Positions 1 to 7,106 of a stretch of 12,136 nucleotides of DNA are shown piece by piece. Below the pieces are notes generated by a model, which was not told the DNA's origin, made no database searches, and saw nothing but the letters and a program-made list of their open reading frames with translations. The DNA is from a virus: UHGV virus genome UHGV-1828797. One strand, 5' to 3'. The position numbers and the translations under genes were made by a program. The stretch's first letter is position 1. Every line of letters starts with the position of its first letter.

Positions 1-438
1 CAGGAAAATATCAAAGAATTTCAATATATCAAAGAATTAAAAGAGAAGGGCTATCAGCTCAAAGCCATAAAAATGATCGTACATAATGGTGATATGGAGC
101 AGAGACTTCCGGAACTTACCGGAAATGAGGCAGATAAGCCTGGTGGCGTAAAAAATCATCAGGTTTATTTTAAAAACCCGGAGACCTTAGCTTTGGCAGA
201 GGCAAAGCAGAGCATATTGGACAATACGGACCGCATGGCGCAATTCACAGAACTCATGACAGATATTGTGGGCAAGGCGATCGCAGCAAACAATGAAAAT
301 TTAAGCAGGACGATCAGCGAAGATGTGGGGGAACAGGTACTCAAGGAGATGAATTATCTGATGCGGGAGCGTGAGGAACTGGAAGAGGAACGTTTCAACC
401 AGACGGTAAGTGAGGTAAGGCAGCTGGCAGGGGAATAA
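1..438 (+). CDS. Hypothetical protein, 5'-partial (3' end of a gene that runs off the window start); MerR-like HTH/wing motif in the first visible residues
   Basis: Frame 1 is open from base 1 with no stop until TAA at 436-438, so the ORF-track start at 73 is only the first in-window Met. Upstream translation QENIKEFQYIKELKEKGYQLKAIKMI resembles the end of a MerR-family HTH (pattern like 'FIKrakelGFsLeEIkell'). The first ~200 nt are clearly more AT-rich than the rest of the window. The C-terminal part is acidic and looks helical. Confidence 0.5.
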   Translation, partial: QENIKEFQYIKELKEKGYQLKAIKMIVHNGDMEQRLPELTGNEADKPGGVKNHQVYFKNPETLALAEAKQSILDNTDRMAQFTELMTDIVGKAIAANNENLSRTISEDVGEQVLKEMNYLMREREELEEERFNQTVSEVRQLAGE

Positions 439-444
439 AAGCTT

Positions 445-470
445 GGGTCGCTATCGCGGCCCTTTTTATT
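445..470 (+). terminator. Putative rho-independent terminator after the upstream gene
   Basis: GGGTCGC (445-451), loop TATC, GCGGCCC (456-462; 7 bp stem with one G-U pair), followed by TTTTTATT, 7 nt after the stop codon. Confidence 0.6.
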
Positions 471-508
471 ACCTCAACTGGACACCCGCAACGTAGCGAG
501 GTGAGAGC

Positions 509-724
509 ATGTATCGAATGGAAAAAATCACGACGGGTATTGCATACGGCGCATCGGGTGGGGGGACCGGATACTGGTTGCTTCAGCTCCTCGATAAAGT
601 CTCCCCATCACAATGGGCGGCCATTGGTGTGCTCGGTAGCCTCATGTTTGGTTTGCTGACGTGGTTAACGAGTCTGTACTTCCAAATCAAAGCGGATCGC
701 CGCAAAGCTGCGCGGGGTGAATGA
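509..724 (+). CDS. S: Class II holin (phage 21 S-type pinholin) with dual-start motif
   Basis: 71 aa with two hydrophobic segments ([21 protein letters not shown] and [23 protein letters not shown]) and a basic C-terminus ([11 protein letters not shown]), as in S21. Met1 and Met4 (M-Y-R-M) would give 71- and 68-aa products. GAGGTGA Shine-Dalgarno 6 nt upstream. The stop overlaps the endolysin start (ATGA). Confidence 0.85.
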   Translation: MYRMEKITTGIAYGASGGGTGYWLLQLLDKVSPSQWAAIGVLGSLMFGLLTWLTSLYFQIKADRRKAARGE

Positions 725-1260
725 TGTCGAACAAAGCAAAGCTCAGTGCAGCAGTGCTGGCGCTAATCGCGTCAGGGGCATCTGCTCCACTCATTTTCGA
801 CCAATTCATCAGCGAGAAAGAAGGCAATGCGCTGGTGGCCGTTGTTGATCCGGGTGGGGTCTGGTCTTTATGTCACGGCGTGACCGTTATCGATGGCAGG
901 CGTGTTGTTAAAGGCATGACGGCCACTGAGGAACAATGCCGGAAGGTTAACGCTATTGAACGCGATAAGGCATTAGCCTGGGTTGATCGCAATATCAAAG
1001 TGCCTCTGACAGAACCGCAGAAGGCCGGGATCGCATCTTTCTGCCCGTACAACATCGGGCCGGGTAAGTGCTTCCCTTCCACGTTCTACAAGCGCATCAA
1101 TGCCGGTGACCGCCACGGGGCATGCGAGGCGATTCGCTGGTGGATTAAGGACGGTGGACGTGATTGCCGCCTGACAAAAGGCCAGAAGAATGGCTGTTAT
1201 GGGCAGGTCGAGCGGCGCGATCAGGAAAGTGCGCTGGCGTGCTGGGGGATAGACCAATGA
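721..1260 (+). CDS. R: SAR endolysin (phage 21 R-type lysozyme with N-terminal signal-anchor-release domain)
   Basis: 179 aa. The N-terminus is a Gly/Ala-rich weakly hydrophobic segment ([20 protein letters not shown]) typical of SAR domains, followed by an E...D...T lysozyme catalytic region ([15 protein letters not shown]...HGVT). It sits immediately after the pinholin with an ATGA overlap. Confidence 0.88.
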   Translation: MMSNKAKLSAAVLALIASGASAPLIFDQFISEKEGNALVAVVDPGGVWSLCHGVTVIDGRRVVKGMTATEEQCRKVNAIERDKALAWVDRNIKVPLTEPQKAGIASFCPYNIGPGKCFPSTFYKRINAGDRHGACEAIRWWIKDGGRDCRLTKGQKNGCYGQVERRDQESALACWGIDQ

Positions 1261-1358
1261 GCCCAAGCAGCATTTGTTTCATTGTGGCGGGAATACTGAC
1301 GTGTCTCTGTATGTCTGGTTGGGGATGGTTTGTCTTTGTTGGAGTAATCCTCCTATGA
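1257..1358 (+). CDS. Candidate 33-aa single-pass hydrophobic peptide nested between endolysin and Rz (hypothetical)
   Basis: ATG at 1257 overlaps the endolysin stop (ATGA, 1257-1260); the stop TGA at 1356-1358 overlaps the Rz start (ATGA, 1355-1358). GGGGGA at 1244-1249 gives a 7-nt Shine-Dalgarno spacing. Product [33 protein letters not shown] is almost entirely hydrophobic. It fills an otherwise unexplained 94-nt spacer inside the lysis cassette. Confidence 0.35.
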   Translation: MSPSSICFIVAGILTCLCMSGWGWFVFVGVILL

Positions 1359-1819
1359 GTCGAATTGTTGGAGTTACCTGTGCGGTAACTATCGTGGTAA
1401 TCAGCGCTATGGGTTGGGCCATCAACCACTATCGCGACAACGCCATCACCTACAAAGACCAGCGCGATAAAGCCACAAAGAACCTCCGCCTGGCTAATGC
1501 CACCATCAAAGATATGCAGACCCGCCAGCGTGATGTCGCTGCACTGGATGCCAAATACACGAAGGAATTGTCCGATGCGAAAAAGACCATTAACGATTTG
1601 CGTCGTGATGTCGATTCTGGCGCTAAACGGCTGCGCATCGCCGCAACCTGCCCTGGAGTGCCAAAAGCCACCTCCTCCACCGGCGTGGATGATGCAGGAG
1701 CCCCCGAACTTACTCCAGACGCTCGACGGAATTATTTCGATCACCGGGACGGAATCGCAACCGCTGACAAAATGATTCGCGGCATGCAGGACTACATCAA
1801 AGAGCAGTGTCTTAAGTGA
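1355..1819 (+). CDS. Rz: Rz i-spanin (inner-membrane spanin subunit)
   Basis: N-terminal TM helix ([17 protein letters not shown]) followed by the conserved [27 protein letters not shown] motif and a C-terminal QDYIKEQC, closely matching lambda Rz from memory. Start taken at ATG 1355 (protein MSRIVG...), not the upstream in-frame ATG at 1274. Confidence 0.9.
   Translation: MSRIVGVTCAVTIVVISAMGWAINHYRDNAITYKDQRDKATKNLRLANATIKDMQTRQRDVAALDAKYTKELSDAKKTINDLRRDVDSGAKRLRIAATCPGVPKATSSTGVDDAGAPELTPDARRNYFDHRDGIATADKMIRGMQDYIKEQCLK
1575..1775 (+). CDS. Rz1: Rz1 o-spanin (outer-membrane lipoprotein), embedded in the +1 frame of Rz
   Basis: Lies entirely inside Rz in another frame. [20 protein letters not shown] has a signal peptide with a lipobox-like LNGC, followed by the proline-rich PPPPPAW motif characteristic of lambda Rz1. 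Confidence 0.8.
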   Translation: MRKRPLTICVVMSILALNGCASPQPALECQKPPPPPAWMMQEPPNLLQTLDGIISITGTESQPLTK

Positions 1820-1837
1820 TTCGTCACCCAAATAACA

Positions 1838-1866
1838 GAGCCTGACTTCGGTCGGGCTTTTTTATT
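1838..1866 (+). terminator. Putative rho-independent terminator after the lysis cassette
   Basis: AGCCTGAC (1839-1846), loop TTCG, GTCGGGCT (1851-1858; 8 bp stem with one G-U pair), then TTTTTTATT, about 20 nt after the Rz stop. Confidence 0.7.
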
Positions 1867-1890
1867 CCCAGAAGAAGCAGGAGAAGAAGC

Positions 1891-2091
1891 ATGTTAACAG
1901 TAAAAGTAATGTCGCCAGGTGGCGGTGAAGAGATTCATTGCGGGTTGAGTGTAGGGTTCAATCCGGGGCAGCAGAGCATCGCGGTATCGGGAATGGACAA
2001 AAATGTATTCCTGAAACCTGGCGAGGTCGCCTACGTGATGAACCAGAACGGGAAGACGGTATCTCGTTACGAGCATAATGACCGCCAGTAG
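1891..2091 (+). CDS. Hypothetical small protein (66 aa), moron region
   Basis: AGGAGA Shine-Dalgarno about 7 nt upstream of the ATG. Gly/Val-rich sequence, predicted soluble. No family recognised. Confidence 0.5.
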   Translation: MLTVKVMSPGGGEEIHCGLSVGFNPGQQSIAVSGMDKNVFLKPGEVAYVMNQNGKTVSRYEHNDRQ

Positions 2092-2175
2092 CCATTCCAA
2101 AGCTCACCTGCTGGTGGGCTTGATAATGGATATCCCCCTGAGCGGATAAATCAAAAATAACCCCTGCAACGGATA

Positions 2176-2580
2176 ATGACGGAGCAACAGATGGCAAAAG
2201 CCAAATGGCACAGACTTCCGGCATTCACCATTCCGCTGTTTCAAAGTGCGCATGTCTACCTCGCAACAACCAGAGAACAGTTTCAGCACGCTGATAAATT
2301 CCTTGGCGGCAGCGGGGATGAGAAGCCATTCAATCTTGGGCTTGCAAGCAACTATGAAAACACTGATACGGGTGAGCGATGCTATCTGATTGGAGTATTC
2401 GATCAGCAGATCGCTACGCTCGTTCATGAGTGCGCCCACGTCTGCTTTTACGTTTGCTCTGATGTCGGCGTGACGACAAGGCCTGAAGATGCCAACGAGA
2501 CGTACTGTTACATGCTGGACAGGATGGTTAATCACTTCCTGCCATTCATTCAGGAGAAACAAGATGTATCACTGGAATAA
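2176..2580 (+). CDS. Hypothetical protein with HExxH motif (putative minimal Zn-metallopeptidase-like), moron region
   Basis: 134 aa containing LVHECAHVCFYV followed about 20 residues later by EDANETYCYML. This HExxH...E(x)AN spacing resembles ImmA/IrrE (COG2856) zincins. The start may instead be ATG 2191 (M6), which has ACGGAG 7 nt upstream. Size and position resemble ybcV-type genes of E. coli cryptic lambdoid prophages, but this is unverified. Confidence 0.6.
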   Translation: MTEQQMAKAKWHRLPAFTIPLFQSAHVYLATTREQFQHADKFLGGSGDEKPFNLGLASNYENTDTGERCYLIGVFDQQIATLVHECAHVCFYVCSDVGVTTRPEDANETYCYMLDRMVNHFLPFIQEKQDVSLE

Positions 2581-2758
2581 TCAATCCCCTTATTGCCAAT
2601 GCCAACGCTGCCCGTGCTGCGGGAAGATTGTTAACCAATTTACTGGCAACAATTTCTTCAAGACTGGTTATGGATATGGTGTTGCGGGTAGCGTTAATTG
2701 CTCTGGGGCTGCTGCTGAAACGACATCAAACACAGGCAAGCAGAAAGGAGCTAAGTAA
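2564..2758 (+). CDS. Hypothetical small Cys-rich protein (64 aa), overlapping the 3' end of the previous ORF
   Basis: ATG 2564 is preceded by AGGAGA (2552-2557) at 6-nt spacing. The N-terminus has a CxCxxCxCC cluster (YCQCQRCPCCGK) and the C-terminus is Gly/Ala/Thr-rich and low-complexity. Overlaps the upstream ORF by 17 nt in another frame. Confidence 0.35.
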   Translation: MYHWNNQSPYCQCQRCPCCGKIVNQFTGNNFFKTGYGYGVAGSVNCSGAAAETTSNTGKQKGAK

Positions 2759-2852
2759 TGGTAATCAAAGTTTGTTCAGGCTCTCAGGGCTTCGACAACC
2801 CATCCAAATTCCGCGATGAATGGGATAAGCAAGCAGAAGGGAAATAATCAAT

Positions 2853-3341
2853 ATGGCAGCACCAAAGGGCAACCGATTTTGGGAGGCCCGCAGTAGTCAT
2901 GGGCGAAATCCTAAATTCGAATCGCCTGAGGCGCTGTGGGCTGCTTGTTGTGAATACTTCGAGTGGGCTGATGATAACCCACTATGGGAGGGTAAGGTAT
3001 TTTCATATCAGGGAGAAATAATTAAGGCTAATGTCCCTAAGATGCGAGCCATGACTATTTCAGGATTGTGTACCTTCCTTGATATCACCAGGCAAACGTG
3101 GGGAACCTTCCGGTCAATGGAAGGTTTTTCTGACGTCACATCACGAGCGGAAGACATCATCTACGACCAGAAATTCTCTGGCGCAGCCGCTGACCTTCTC
3201 AACGCTAACATCATCGCCCGTGATTTGGGCCTCAAAGAGCAGTCGCAAGTTGAAGACGTGACACCTGATAAGGGAGATCGCGATAAGCGGCGCTCTCGTA
3301 TCAAGGAGCTATTCAACCGTGGAACTGGACGCGATTCTTGA
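2853..3341 (+). CDS. terS: Terminase small subunit (P22 gp3-like)
   Basis: 162 aa starting [22 protein letters not shown], recognised as the P22-type small terminase family. It sits immediately upstream of, and overlaps, the large terminase gene. It contains a pac-like sequence (next feature). Confidence 0.85.
   Translation: MAAPKGNRFWEARSSHGRNPKFESPEALWAACCEYFEWADDNPLWEGKVFSYQGEIIKANVPKMRAMTISGLCTFLDITRQTWGTFRSMEGFSDVTSRAEDIIYDQKFSGAAADLLNANIIARDLGLKEQSQVEDVTPDKGDRDKRRSRIKELFNRGTGRDS
3120..3141 (+). other. Candidate pac (packaging initiation) site inside terS
   Basis: GAAGGTTTTTCTGACGTCACAT matches about 16 of 22 positions of the P22 pac site (GAAGATTTATCTGAAGTCGTTA, from memory) and lies at the equivalent position in the gene, about nt 268 of terS. 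Confidence 0.4.
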
Positions 3342-4815
3342 TAACCTGAGCGACGAAGAGCAAATCGAATTGCTCGAGCTACTCGAAGAAGAAGAGAACT
3401 ACCGGAACACACACCTGCTATATGAATTTACGCCATACAGCAAACAGCGTGAGTTCATCGACGCCGGGCATGACTATCCAGAGCGCTGTTTTATGGCTGG
3501 TAACCAGCTTGGTAAGTCATTTACTGGTGCTGCTGAAGTCGCGTTTCACCTTACCGGGCGTTATCCGGGCACAAAAGGCTATCCTGCTGATGGTAAATAT
3601 GGCGGGGAGTGGAAAGGTAAGCGTTTCTATGAGCCTGTTGTCTTCTGGATTGGCGGCGAGACAAACGAGACGGTAACCAAAACGACTCAACGCATCCTGT
3701 GCGGTCGTATTGAAGAGAATGATGAACCGGGCTACGGTTCAATACCGAAAGATGACATCATTAGCTGGAAGAAGTCTCCTTTCTTTCCGAACCTTGTTGA
3801 TCACCTTCTGGTTAAGCATCACACGGCTGATGGCGTTGAAGATGGCATTTCAATCTGCTACTTCAAACCATACTCGCAAGGCCGTGCTCGCTGGCAGGGT
3901 GACACAATCCACGGCGTGTGGTTTGACGAAGAGCCACCATACAGCATTTATGGCGAAGGTCTTACCCGTACCAACAAATACGGGCAATTCTCAATTCTGA
4001 CGTTTACCCCGCTGATGGGGATGTCTGACGTTGTTACCAAGTTCCTGAAGAATCCCAGCAAGTCGCAGAAAGTGGTCAACATGACCATCTATGACGCTGA
4101 GCACTATACCGACGAGCAGAAAGAGCAAATCATCGCATCCTATCCTGAGCATGAGAGAGAGGCGCGTGCTCGCGGTATTCCTACGATGGGTAGCGGTCGA
4201 ATCTTCCAGATACCGGAAGAGACGATTAAGTGTCAGCCGTTCGAGTGTCCTGATCACTTCTACGTCATCAATGCAATGGACTTCGGATGGGATCACCCAC
4301 AGGCACACATCCAGCTTTGGTGGGATAAAGACGAGGACGTGATTTATCTTTCTCGCGTCTGGAAGGCCAAACAGAAGAAGGCGACAGAGGCATGGAGTGC
4401 TGTTAAAGCATGGAGCAAAAACACCCCTACGGCTTGGCCTCATGACGGGCATCAGCACGAAAAGGGAGGCGGCGCTCAGCTCAAGGAACAATACGCCGAC
4501 GCTGGGTTCGATATGTTGCCAGATCATGCAACATGGCCTGATGGAGGTAATGCGGTCGAACCCGGGATAGCAGAGATACGCGACATGATGCTCGACGGTC
4601 GTTTCAAGGTATTTAACACCTGCGAGCCATTCTTTGAAGAGTTTCGCCTGTATCACCGCGATGAGAACGGGAAGATCGTCAAGCTAAATGACGACATCCT
4701 TTCTGCTGTTCGCTATGGCTACATGATGAGGCGTTTTGCAATACAGATGCGAGACATCAAAGATCCTAAAGAGATTGATTACTCAAGCTACAACATACCT
4801 TGCGGAGTTGGATGA
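3319..4815 (+). CDS. terL: Terminase large subunit (ATPase/nuclease)
   Basis: 498 aa with a GTG start overlapping the terS 3' end. Walker A-like motif AGNQLGKSF near the N-terminus; size and position match P22 gp2-type TerL. The stop TGA (4813-4815) overlaps the portal start. Confidence 0.9.
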   Translation: MELDAILDNLSDEEQIELLELLEEEENYRNTHLLYEFTPYSKQREFIDAGHDYPERCFMAGNQLGKSFTGAAEVAFHLTGRYPGTKGYPADGKYGGEWKGKRFYEPVVFWIGGETNETVTKTTQRILCGRIEENDEPGYGSIPKDDIISWKKSPFFPNLVDHLLVKHHTADGVEDGISICYFKPYSQGRARWQGDTIHGVWFDEEPPYSIYGEGLTRTNKYGQFSILTFTPLMGMSDVVTKFLKNPSKSQKVVNMTIYDAEHYTDEQKEQIIASYPEHEREARARGIPTMGSGRIFQIPEETIKCQPFECPDHFYVINAMDFGWDHPQAHIQLWWDKDEDVIYLSRVWKAKQKKATEAWSAVKAWSKNTPTAWPHDGHQHEKGGGAQLKEQYADAGFDMLPDHATWPDGGNAVEPGIAEIRDMMLDGRFKVFNTCEPFFEEFRLYHRDENGKIVKLNDDILSAVRYGYMMRRFAIQMRDIKDPKEIDYSSYNIPCGVG

Positions 4816-7016
4816 TGGCTGATGATAGAAAGATGACTGACTGGCATCGCAAGGTGCTGTGCAACTTTGATAATGCCTGGTCAGCAACGCAGGATATGCG
4901 TGAGCAGATTATTGAGGCTCAACGTTTCGTTCGGGTATCCGGCGCACAGTGGGAAGGCAGCACAAACGCTGGTTACTCATTTGATGAAGGCAGGTTTGAG
5001 CATTACCCGCGCTTTGAACTGAATAAGATTGCCCGTGAATGTGATCGCATCATTGGCGAGTATCGACAGAATCGCATCAGCGTTAAATTCAGGCCGAAGG
5101 ACGATAAGGCATCGGAAGCGTTAGCCGAAAAGATGAATGGTAAATTCCGCGCTGACTATCAGGAAACATCCGGTGGCGAAGCGTGTGATAACGCATTTGA
5201 TGATGCTGTAACGGGCGGATTCGGTTGTTTCCGCATGTGTGCCGATTACGAAGATGAAATGGATCCGAGTAACGAGCAGCGACGCATCAGCCTTCTTCCT
5301 GTTTACGACCCAGCGACATGCGTCTTCTTCGATCAGGACAGCAAGCAATATGACCGCTCTGATGCTATGTGGGCTATGGAAATGTTCTCCATGACGCCTA
5401 AAGCGTTCGAGGCTGAATACCCTGATTCCATCGCGGCAAGCCTTTCTAGTGATGACACTGGCACTCAATATGACTGGTCAACGCCAGATGCCATCTATGT
5501 TGGTCGCTACTACGAAGTTCGCATAGAGAAGGTGAAGCTCACGGCATGGCGTAACCCTGTTAGCGGAGAAACGGCAATCTATGATGAAGAGCAAATCAAA
5601 GATATTGTCGACGAGCTGACCGATGGCGCATTCGAACTGATTGGCGAGCGGACAGTGAAGAAACGCCGCGTTTATTGCGGCCTTCTGTCTGGCGCTGAAT
5701 GGCTGGAAGAACCGAAGCGTATTCCGGGCGAACATATTCCTCTCATCCCGGTATATGGGCGTCGTTCATTTGTTGATAATCAGGAGCGAATAGAAGGCCA
5801 CGCAGCAAAAGCGATGGATGCACAGCGTCTTGAGAACCTGATGGTTTCCATGATTGCAGATAACGCTACTCAGGCTGGCGGTGATGGCATTCCTATCGTG
5901 GATGTTGATTTCATTCCAGGTACATTAATGAATCACTGGGCAGAGAGGAATAAGAAAAGACCTGCAGTTCTTCCTATGACCAGCAAGAAGGACAAAAACG
6001 GAACAGTCATTTCAGAAGCTCAGGTTGCTGGCTGGACACCACCGACACAAATGCCTCCTGCTCTTGCCGGGCTATTGCAGTACACCGGAACTGCTATTCA
6101 GCAAATTACAGGCGCGTCGCAGCTTGAGAACATGCCGAGCAACGTCGCTACTGATACCGTTGATAGCATCTTTAACCGGATGGATACGCAGTCCTATATC
6201 TACATGGACAACATGGCTAAATCCATGCGTCGCGCTGGCGTTGTGTGGCTTTCTATGGCGCGTGAAGTCTATGGCAGCGATACGCCGATGCGTATCGTTA
6301 ATGAGGACGGCAGCGATGACGTGGCGCTGATGACTGGTGAAGTGGTTGACCGTCAGACAGGGCAGGTTATCGCGCTTAACGACCTTTCGCAGGGTAACTA
6401 TGAAGTGACTGTCGATGTCGGTCAGTCGTTCGCTACTCGCCGTGATGCAACGGTTAAGTCGTTACTTTCCATGCTGGCACTTATCCCGCCAGGAACGCCG
6501 AAGCATGACCTTGTATCGTCGATGATTCTCGACAATATGGACGGCGAAGGGATGGACGACCTTAAAGAATACAACCGCAATCAGTTGCTTCTGTCTGGCG
6601 TTATTAAGCCGAGAACACCAGAAGAACAGCAGATGGTTGAGCAGGCGAAACAACAACAGGCCAGTCAGCCAGATCCGGCTATGGTTGCAGCGCAAGGTCA
6701 GCTTCTTGCTGGTCAGGCTGAATTGCAGAAAGCGCAGAACGAACAGGCAGCCATTCAGGTTAAAGCATTCCAGGCACAGACTGATGCTCAGGTTGCTGCG
6801 GCAAATGTTGTGAAAATCCTCGCATCTGCCGATAGCCAGCAGAAATCTGATATCCGCGAGGCTCTGAAACTGCTCGGACAGTTCCAGCAACAGCAAGGAG
6901 ATAATGCCCGTGCTGATGCAGAGCTTGTCCTGAAAAGTCAGGCACAGGGCCATGCGCAGCGCATGGACATCAGCAGCATCCTGCAAAAATCAACTCAGCA
7001 ACAACCACAGCAGTAA
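4812..7016 (+). CDS. Portal protein (P22 gp1-like)
   Basis: Conserved portal motifs recalled from P22 gp1 (RRRVYCGLLSG, EHIPLIPVYG) and a long C-terminal Gln/Ala-rich helical extension (PEEQQMVEQAKQQQASQPDPAMVAAQGQLLAGQAELQKAQ...) like the P22 portal barrel. Start taken at ATG 4812 (ATGA overlap with terL); ATG 4815 is equally possible. The ORF track starts at TTG 4800. Confidence 0.9.
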   Translation: MMADDRKMTDWHRKVLCNFDNAWSATQDMREQIIEAQRFVRVSGAQWEGSTNAGYSFDEGRFEHYPRFELNKIARECDRIIGEYRQNRISVKFRPKDDKASEALAEKMNGKFRADYQETSGGEACDNAFDDAVTGGFGCFRMCADYEDEMDPSNEQRRISLLPVYDPATCVFFDQDSKQYDRSDAMWAMEMFSMTPKAFEAEYPDSIAASLSSDDTGTQYDWSTPDAIYVGRYYEVRIEKVKLTAWRNPVSGETAIYDEEQIKDIVDELTDGAFELIGERTVKKRRVYCGLLSGAEWLEEPKRIPGEHIPLIPVYGRRSFVDNQERIEGHAAKAMDAQRLENLMVSMIADNATQAGGDGIPIVDVDFIPGTLMNHWAERNKKRPAVLPMTSKKDKNGTVISEAQVAGWTPPTQMPPALAGLLQYTGTAIQQITGASQLENMPSNVATDTVDSIFNRMDTQSYIYMDNMAKSMRRAGVVWLSMAREVYGSDTPMRIVNEDGSDDVALMTGEVVDRQTGQVIALNDLSQGNYEVTVDVGQSFATRRDATVKSLLSMLALIPPGTPKHDLVSSMILDNMDGEGMDDLKEYNRNQLLLSGVIKPRTPEEQQMVEQAKQQQASQPDPAMVAAQGQLLAGQAELQKAQNEQAAIQVKAFQAQTDAQVAAANVVKILASADSQQKSDIREALKLLGQFQQQQGDNARADAELVLKSQAQGHAQRMDISSILQKSTQQQPQQ

Positions 7017-7106
7017 TTAACCCATAACGTGCAATGGCTGTCTTTATGAGGCCTGGCACCCTATTGCCTTCCGATGGGCTGAACATCGAGTAAACAGGGG
7101 TAACAA

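Noticed and set aside
1164-1256. 5' portion of the 64-aa ORF at 1164..1358
   Set aside because: This part overlaps the endolysin coding region out of frame and is probably not translated; only the 33-codon segment from ATG 1257 is considered a candidate.
1274-1354. Upstream in-frame extension of Rz (ORF-track start at 1274)
   Set aside because: The Rz family N-terminus (MSRI.. then TM helix) begins at ATG 1355, which has a GGAG upstream; the extension would add a non-conserved leader.
1145-1831. 228-aa ORF on the minus strand
   Set aside because: Entirely antisense to the well-supported endolysin and Rz genes; no recognisable protein features; typical shadow ORF.
2142-2175. Direct repeat of CGGATAA (2142-2148 and 2169-2175) upstream of the HExxH ORF
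   Set aside because: A 7-mer repeated twice can easily occur by chance; no dyad symmetry or third copy seen, so not called an operator.
2104-2562. 152-aa ORF on the minus strand
   Set aside because: Antisense to the HExxH ORF, which has the recognisable motif; all flanking genes are on the + strand. It cannot be fully excluded without comparative data.
2628-2819. 63-aa + strand ORF with hydrophobic segment (MVLRVALIALGLLLKR)
   Set aside because: TTG start with Shine-Dalgarno-like sequence too close (about 1 nt) and overlaps the better-supported 2564..2758 ORF in another frame. Kept as an alternative hypothesis only.
3991-4656. 221-aa ORF on the minus strand
   Set aside because: Lies within the large terminase gene on the opposite strand; shadow ORF.
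6462-6986. 174-aa ORF on the minus strand
   Set aside because: Antisense to the portal C-terminal region; Leu/Cys-rich translation typical of antisense to Gln/Ala-rich coding sequence.
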